In this document: positions 1 through 8,548 of the stretch, piece by piece | How the letters are laid out: every line of letters begins with the position of its first letter | Numbering within the stretch: position 1 is the first letter of the stretch | NCBI RefSeq assembly: GCF_009914755.1 | Contig: NC_060925.1 | Length of the DNA: 64,000 nucleotides | Strand: one strand, 5' to 3' | DNA from: the human T2T-CHM13v2.0 reference genome, Homo sapiens | Translations under genes and position numbers: made by a program | The notes under the pieces: generated by a model | What the model saw: only the letters and a program-made list of their open reading frames with translations | Databases searched by the model: none | Told to the model about the DNA's origin: nothing

Positions 1-108
1 TCATCATCGAATGGACCCGAATGGAATCATCATCCAACGGAAGCTAATGGAATCAACATCGAATGAATCGAATGGAAACACCATCGAATTGAAACGAATG
101 GAATTATC

Positions 109-1563
109 ATGAAATTGAAATGGATGGACTCATCATCGAATGGATTCGAATGGAATCATCGAATAAAATTGATTGAAATCATCATCGAATGGAATCGAAT
201 TGTATCATTGAATGGAATCGAATGGAATCATCATCAGATGGAAATGAATGGAATCGTCATAGAATGGAATCGAATGGATTCATTGAATGGAATCAGATGG
301 AATCATCGAATGGACTGGAATGGAATCATTGAATGGACTCAAAAGGGATCATGATTGAATGGAGTTGAATGGAATCATCGAATGGTCTCGATTGGAATCA
401 TTATCAAATGGAATCGAATGGAATCACCGAATAGAATCGAATGGAACAATCATCGAATGGACTCAAATGGAATTATCCTCCAATGGAATCGAATGGAATT
501 ATCGAATGCAATCGAATGGAATTATCGAATGCAATAGAATAGAATCATCGAATGGACTCGAATGGAATCATCGAATGGAATGGAATGGAACAGTCAATGA
601 ACTCGAATGGAATCATCATTGAATGGAATCGAATGGAATCATCGAGTGGAATCGAATGGAATTATGATCAAATGGAATCGAATATAATCATCATCAAATG
701 GAATTAAAAATAACCATCATCAATTGGTATTGAATGGAATTCTCATCAAATGGAATTCAAAAGAATCATCATCAAATGGAACTGAATGGAATCCTCATTG
801 AATGGAAATGAAAGGGGTCATCATCTAATGGAATCGCATGGAATCATCATCAAATGGAATCGAATGGAATCATCATCAAATGGAATCTGATGGAATCATT
901 GAACAGAATTGAATGGAATCGTCATCGAATGAATTGAATGCAATCATCGAATGGTCTTGAATGCAATCACATTCTAATGGAAAGGAATGGAATCATCGCA
1001 TAGAATCGAATGGAATTAACATTGAATGGACTCGAATGGAATCAACATCAAACGGAATCAAGCGGAATTATCGAATGGAATCGAAGAGAATCATCGAATG
1101 GACTCGAATGGAATCATCTTCTAATGGAAAGGAATGGAATCATCGCATAGAATCGAATGGAATTATCATCGAATGGAATCGAATGGTATCAACACCAAAC
1201 GGAAAAAAACGGAATTATCGAATGGAATCGAAGAGAATCTTCGAACGGACCCGAATGGAATCATCTAATGGAATGGAATGGAATAATCCATGTACTCGAA
1301 TGCAATCATCATCGAATGGAATCGAATGGAATCATCGAATGGACTCGAATGGAATAATCATTGAACGGAATCGAATGGAATCATCATCGGATGGAAATGA
1401 ATGGAATCATCATCGAATGGAATCGAATAGAATTATGGAATGAAATCCAGTGTGATCATCATCGAATGGACCCGAATGGAATCATCATCCAACGGAAGCT
1501 AATGGAATCAACATCGAATGAATCGAATGGAAACACCATCGAATTGAAACGAATGGAATTATC
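109..1563 (+). repeat. 1,455-bp variant unit (1776 + 147 insertion - 468 deletion)
   Basis: Anchor spacing 109 to 1564. It has an extra segment at 961-1107 and only one A/B hybrid sub-repeat. Confidence 0.9.
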
Positions 1564-2207
1564 ATGAAATTGAAATGGATGGACTCATCATCGAATGGAT
1601 TCGAATGGAATCATCGAATAAAATTGATTGAAATCATCATCAAATGGAATCGAATGGTATCATTGAATGGAATCGAATGGAATCATCATCAGATGGAAAT
1701 GAATGGAATCGTCATAGAATGGAATCGAATGGATTCATTGAATGGAATCAGATGGAATCATCGAATGGACTGGAATGGAATCATTGAATGGACTCGAAAG
1801 GGATCATGATTGAATGGAATTGAATGGAATCATCGAATGGTCTCGATTGGAATCATTATCAAATGGAATCGAATGGAATCACCGAATAGAATCGAATGGA
1901 ACAATCATCGAATGGACTCAAATGGAATTATCCTCCAATGGAATCGAATGGAATTATCGAATGCAATCGAATGGAATTATCGAATGCAATCGAATAGAAT
2001 CATCGAATGGACTCGAATGGAATCATCGAATGGAATGGAATGGAACAGTCAATGAACTCGAATGGAATCATCATTGAATGGAATCGAATGGAATCATCGA
2101 GTGGAATCGAATGGAATTATGATCAAATGGAATCGAATGTAATCATCATCAAATGGAATCAAAAATAACCATCATCAATTGGTATTGAATGGAATTGTCA
2201 TCAAATG

Positions 2208-3270
2208 GAATTCAAAGGAATCATCATCAAATGGAACCGAATGGAATCCTCATTGAATGGAAATGAAAGGGGTCATCATCTAATGGAATCGCATGGAATC
2301 ATCATCAAATGGAATCGAATGGAATCATCATCAAATGGAATCTAATGGAATCATTGAACAGAATTGAATGGAATCGTCATCGAATGAATTGAATGCAATC
2401 ATCGAATGGTCTCGAATGGAATCATCTTCTAATGGAAAGGAATGGAATCATCGCATAGAATCGAATGGAATTATCATCGAATGGAATCGAATGGTATCAA
2501 CACCAAACGGAAAAAAACGGAATTATCGAATGGAATCGAAGAGAATCTTCGAACGGACCCGAATGGAATCATCTAATGGAATGGAATGGAATAATCCATG
2601 GACTCGAATGCAATCATCATCGAATGGAATCGAATGGAATCATCGAATGGACTCGAATGGAATAATCATTGAACGGAATCGAATGGAATCATCATCGGAT
2701 GGAAACGAATGGAATCAACATCGAATTGAAATGAAAGGAGTCATCATCTAATGGAATTGCATGGAATCATCATAAAATGGAATCGAATGGAATCAACATC
2801 AAATGGAATCAAATGGAATCATTGAACGGAATTGAATGGAATCGTCATCGAATGAATTGACTGCAATCATCGAATGGTCTCGAATGGAATCATCTTCAAA
2901 TGGAATGGAATGGAATCATCGCATAGAATCGAATGGAATTATCATCGAATGGAATCGAATGGAATCAACATCAAACGGAAAAAAACGGAATTATCGAATG
3001 GAATCGAAGAGAATCATCGAATGGACCCAAATGGAATCATCTAATGGAATGGAATGGAATAATCCATGGACTCGAATGCAATCATCATCGAATGGAATCG
3101 AATGGAATCATCGAATGAACTCGAATGGAATCATCATTGAATGGAATCGAATGGAATCATCGAGTGGAATCGAATGGAATTATGATCAAATGGAATCGAA
3201 TGTAATCATCATCAAATGGAATCAAAAATAACCATCATCAATTGGTATTGAATGGAATTGTCATCAAATG
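2208..3270 (+). repeat. 1,063-bp short unit (1776 - 713), measured EcoRI to EcoRI; first of 11 copies
   Basis: GAATTC at 2208 and 3271. The junction CATCGAATGAACTCGAATGG near 3110-3129 joins the end of sub-repeat B to the AATGAACTCG site of the next unit. Confidence 0.92.
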
Positions 3271-6108
3271 GAATTCAAAGGAATCATCATCAAATGGAAC
3301 CGAATGGAATCCTCATTGAATGGAAATGAAAGGGGTCATCATCTAATGGAATCGCATGGAATCATCATCAAATGGAATCGAATGGAATCATCATCAAATG
3401 GAATCTAATGGAATCATTGAACAGAATTGAATGGAATCGTCATAGAATGAATTGAATGCAATCATCGAATGGTCTCGAATGGAATCATCTTCTAATGGAA
3501 AGGAATGGAATCATCGCATAGAATCGAATGGAATTATCATCGAATGGAATCGAATGGTATCAACACCAAACTGAAAAAAACGGAATTATCGAATGGAATC
3601 GAAGAGAATCTTCGAACGGACCCGAATGGAATCATCTAATGGAATGGAATGGAATAATCCATGGACTCGAATGCAATCATCATCGAATGGAATCGAATGG
3701 AATCATCGAATGGACTCGAATGGAATAATCATTGAACGGAATCGAATGGAATCATCATCGGATGGAAACGAATGGAATCATCATCGAATGGAAATGAAAG
3801 GAGTCATCATCTAATGGAAATGCATGGAATCATCATAAAATGGAATCGAATGGAATCAACATCAAATGGAATCAAATGGAATCATTGAACGGAATTGAAT
3901 GGAATCGTCATCGAATGAATTGAATGCAATCATCGAATGGTCTCGAATGCAATCATCTTCAAATGGAATGGAATGGAATCATCGCATAGAATCGAATGGA
4001 ATTATCATCGAATGGAATCGAATGGAATCAACATCAAACGGAAAAAAACGGAATTATCGAATGGAATCGAAGAGAATCATCGAATGGACCCGAATGGAAT
4101 CATCTAATGGAATGGAATGGAATAATCCATGGACTCGAATGCAATCATCATCGAATGGAATCGAATGGAATCATCGAATGGACTCGAATGGAATAATCAT
4201 TGAACGGAAACGAATGGAATCATCATCGGATGGAAATGAATGGAATCATCATCGAATAGAATCGAATAGAATTATGGAATGAAATCCAGTGTGATCATCA
4301 TCGAATGGACCCGAATGGAATCATCATCCAACGGAAGCTAATGGAATCAACATCGAATGAATCGAATGGAAACACCATCGAATTGAAACGAATGGAATTA
4401 TCATGAAATTGAAATGGATGGACTCATCATCGAATGGATTCGAATGGAATCATCGAATAAAATTGATTGAAATCATCATCGAATGGAATCGAATGGTATC
4501 ATTGAATGGAATCGAATGGAATCATCATCAGATGGAAATGAATGGAATCGTCATAGAATGGAATCGAATGGATTCATTGAATGGAATCAGATGGAATCAT
4601 CGAATGGACTGGAATGGAATCATTGAATGGACTCGAAAGGGATCATGATTGAATGGAATTGAATGGAATCATCGAATGGTCTCGATTGGAATCATTATCA
4701 AATGGAATCGAATGGAATCACCGAATAGAATCGAATGGAACAATCATCGAATGGACTCAAATGGAATTATCCTCCAATGGAATCGAATGGAATTATCGAA
4801 TGCAATCGAATGGAATTATCGAATGCAATCGAATAGAATCATCGAATGGACTCGAATGGAATCATCGAATGGAATGGAATGGAACAGTCAATGAACTCGA
4901 ATGGAATCATCATTGAATGGAATCGAATGGAATCATCGAGTGGAATCGAATGGAATTATGATCAAATGGAATCGAATGTAATCATCATCAAATGGAATCA
5001 AAAATAACCATCATCAATTGGTATTGAATGGAATTGTCATCAAATGGAATTCAAAGGAATCATCATCAAATGGAACCGAATGGAATCCTCATTGAATGGA
5101 AATGAAAGGGGTCATCATCTAATGGAATCGCATGGAATCATCATCAAATGGAATCGAACGGAATCATCATCAAATGGAATCTAATGGAATCATTGAACAG
5201 AATTGAATGGAATCGTCATCGAATGAATTGAATGCAATCATCGAATGGTCTCGAATGGAATCATCTTCTAATGGAAAGGAATGGAATCATCGCATAGAAT
5301 CGAATGGAATTATCATCGAATGGAATCGAATGGTATCAACACCAAACGGAAAAAAACGGAATTATCGAATGGAATCGAAGAGAATCTTCGAACGGACCTG
5401 AATGGAATCATCTAATGGAATGGAATGGAATAATCCATGGACTCGAATGCAATCATCATCGAATGGAATCGAATGGAATCATCGAATGGACTCGAATGGA
5501 ATAATCATTGAACGGAATCGAATGGAATCATCATCGGATGGAAACGAATGGAATCATCATCGAATGGAAATGAAAGGAGTCATCATCTAATGGAATTGCA
5601 TGGAATCATCATAAAATGGAATCGAATGGAATCAACATCAAATGGAATCAAATGGAATCATTGAACGGAATTGAATGGAATCGTCATCGAATGAATTGAC
5701 TGCAATCATCGAATGGTCTCAAATGGAATCATCTTCAAATGGAATGGAATGGAATCATCGCATAGAATCGAATGGAAGTATCATCGAATGGAATCGAATG
5801 GAATCAACATCAAACGGAAAAAGCGGAATTATCGAATGGAATCGAAGAGAATCATCGAATGGACCCGAATGGAATCATCTAATGGAATGGAATGGAATAA
5901 TCCATGGACTCGAATGCAATCATCATCGAATGGAATCGAATGGAATCATCGAATGAACTCGAATGGAATCATCATTGAATGGAATCGAATGGAATCATCG
6001 AGTGGAATCGAATGGAATTATGATCAAATGGAATCGAATGTAATCATCATCAAATGGAATCAAAAATAACCATCATCAATTGGTATTGAATGGAATTGTC
6101 ATCAAAAG

Positions 6109-7416
6109 GAATTCAAAGGAATCATCATCAAATGGAACCGAATGGAATCCTCATTGAATGGAAATGAATGGGGTCATCATCTAACGGAATCGCATGGAAT
6201 CATCATCAAATGGAATCGAATGGAATCATCATCAAATGGAATCTAATGGAATCATTGAACAGAATTGAATGGAATCGTCATCGAATGAATTGAATGCAAT
6301 CATCGAATGGTCTCGAATGGAATCATCTTCTAATGGAAAGGAATGGAATCATCGCATAGAATCGAATGGAATTATCATCGAATGGAATCGAATGGTATCA
6401 ACACCAAACGGAAAAAAACGGAATTATCGAATGGAATCGAAGAGAATCTTCGAACGGACCCGAATGGAATCATCTAATGGAATGGAATGGAATAATCCAT
6501 GGACTCGAATGCAATCATCATCGAATGGAATCGAATGGAATCATCGAATGGACTCGAATGGAATAATCATTGAACGGAAACGAATGGAATCATCATCGGA
6601 TGGAAATGAATGGAATCATCATCGAATGGAATCGAATAGAATTATGGAATGAAATCCAGTGTGATCATCATCGAATGGACCCGAATGGAATCATCATCCA
6701 ACGGAAGCTAATGGAATCAACATCGAATGAATCGAATGGAAACACCATCGAATTGAAACGAATGGAATTATCATGAAATTGAAATGGATGGACTCATCAT
6801 CGAATGGATTCGAATGGAATCATCGAATAAAATTGATTGAAATCATCATCGAATGGAATCGAATTGTATCATTGAATGGAATCGAATGGAATCATCATCA
6901 GATGGAAATGAATGGAATCGTCATAGAATGGAATCGAATGGATTCATTGAATGGAATCAGATGGAATCATCGAATGGACTGGAATGGAATCATTGAATGG
7001 ACTCGAAAGGGATCATGATTGAATGGAATTGAATGGAATCATCGAATGGTCTCGATTGGAATCATTATCAAATGGAATCGAATGGAATCACCGAATAGAA
7101 TCGAATGGAACAATCATCGAATGGACTCAAATGGAATTATCCTCCAATGGAATCGAATGGAATTATCGAATGCAATCGAATGGAATTATCGAATGCAATC
7201 GAATAGAATCATCGAATGGACTCGAATGGAATCATCGAATGGAATGGAATGGAACAGTCAATGAACTCGAATGGAATCATCATTGAATGGAATCGAATGG
7301 AATCATCGAGTGGAATCGAATGGAATTATGATCAAATGGAATCGAATGTAATCATCATCAAATGGAATCAAAAATAACCATCATCAATTGGTATTGAATG
7401 GAATTGTCATCAAATG
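6109..7416 (+). repeat. 1,308-bp variant unit (1776 - 468), measured EcoRI to EcoRI
   Basis: GAATTC at 6109 and 7417. There is a single sub-repeat with an A-type start and a B-type end. A second copy lies 14,081 bp downstream. Confidence 0.9.
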
Positions 7417-8548
7417 GAATTCAAAGGAATCATCATCAAGTGGAACCGAATGGAATCCTCATTGAATGGAAATGAAAGGGGTCATCATCTAATGGAATCG
7501 CATGGAATCATCATCAAATGGAATCGAATGGAATCATCATCAAATGGAATCTAATGGAATCATTGAACAGAATTGAATGGAATCGTCATCGAATGAATTG
7601 AATGCAATCATCGAATGGTCTCGAATGGAATCATCTTCTAATGGAAAGGAATGGAATCATCGCATAGAATCGAATGGAATTATCATCGAATGGAATCGAA
7701 TGGTATCAACACCAAACGGAAAAAAACGGAATTATCGAATGGAATCGAAGAGAATCTTCGAACGGACCCGAATGGAATCATCTAATGGAATGGAATGGAA
7801 TAATCCATGGACTCGAATGCAATCATCATCGAATGGAATCGAATGGAGTCATCGAATGGACTCGAATGGAATAATCATTGAACGGAATCGAATGGAATCA
7901 TCATCGGATGGAAACGAATGGAATCATCATCGAATGGAAATGAAAGGAGTCATCATCTAATGGAATTGCATGGAATCATCATAAAATGGAATCGAATGGA
8001 ATCAACATCAAATGGAATCAAATGGAATCATTGAACGGAATTGAATGGAATCGTCATCGAATGAATTGACTGCAATCATCGAATGGTCTCGAATGGAATC
8101 ATCTTCAAATGGAATGGAATGGAATCATCGCATAGAATCGAATGGAATTATCATCGAATGGAATCGAATGGAATCAACATCAAACGGAAAAAAACAGAAT
8201 TATCGTATGGAATCTAAGAGAATCATCGAATGGACCCGAATGGAATCATCTAATGGAATGGAATGGAATAATCCATGGACTCGAATGCAATCATCATCGA
8301 ATGGAATCGAATGGAATCATCGAATGGACTCGAATGGAATAATCATTGAACGGAATAGAATGGAATCATCATCGGATGGAAATGAATGGAATCATCATCG
8401 AATGGAATCGAATAGAATTATGGAATGAAATCCAGTGTGATCATCATCGAATGGACCCGAATGGAATCATCATCCAACGGAAGCTAATGGAATCAACATC
8501 GAATGAATCGAATGGAAACACCATCGAATTGAAACGAATGGAATTATC
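6773..8548 (+). repeat. Representative 1,776-bp higher-order unit, consistent with chromosome 1q12-type HSat2A2 / D1Z1 (1.77-kb EcoRI repeat)
   Basis: The anchor ATGAAATTGAAATGGATGG recurs at 6773, 8549 and 10325 (spacing 1776); 14 of 30 anchor intervals are exactly 1776. There is one GAATTC per unit (7417 here). The chr1 assignment rests on the known 1.77-kb periodicity, not on an alignment. Confidence 0.88.
7577..8400 (+). repeat. Internal direct duplication inside each 1,776-bp unit (sub-repeats A and B, offset 468 bp); end coordinate approximate
   Basis: Near-identical segments start at 7577 and 8045. Fixed diagnostic differences (A/B): TGAATGCAAT/TGACTGCAAT, TTCTAATGGAAAGG/TTCAAATGGAATGG, GGTATCAACACC/GGAATCAACATC, AATCTTCGAACGG/AATCATCGAATGG, GGAAACGA/GGAAATGA. 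Confidence 0.93.

Noticed and set aside
961-1107. 147-bp insertion equals the nucleosome core length
   Set aside because: 147 is simply 3x23 + 3x26, the sum of six monomers. There is no evidence for nucleosome-based selection.
961-1107. Insertion as a mobile element
   Set aside because: It is satellite sequence paralogous to its neighbour, with no terminal repeats, poly-A tail or distinct target-site duplication.
1616-1623. AATAAA once per unit as a polyadenylation signal
   Set aside because: A hexamer in A-rich repeat DNA with no supporting transcript evidence or clear GU-rich downstream element; it cannot be supported from sequence alone.
2028-2046. (GGAAT)3 runs suggesting HSat3 or a microsatellite
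   Set aside because: These runs are only three to four pentamers long, arise from a C>G change in GAATCGAAT, and are a fixed part of the HSat2 unit.
2540-2556. GAATCTTCGAA as a heat-shock element
   Set aside because: Only two correctly spaced inverted nGAAn units are present; the third is out of phase. HSF1 stress bodies are chiefly associated with HSat3.
2208-3270. 713 = 31x23 and 468 = 18x26 exactly
   Set aside because: Both segments contain mixtures of 23- and 26-bp monomers, so the exact divisibility is coincidence.
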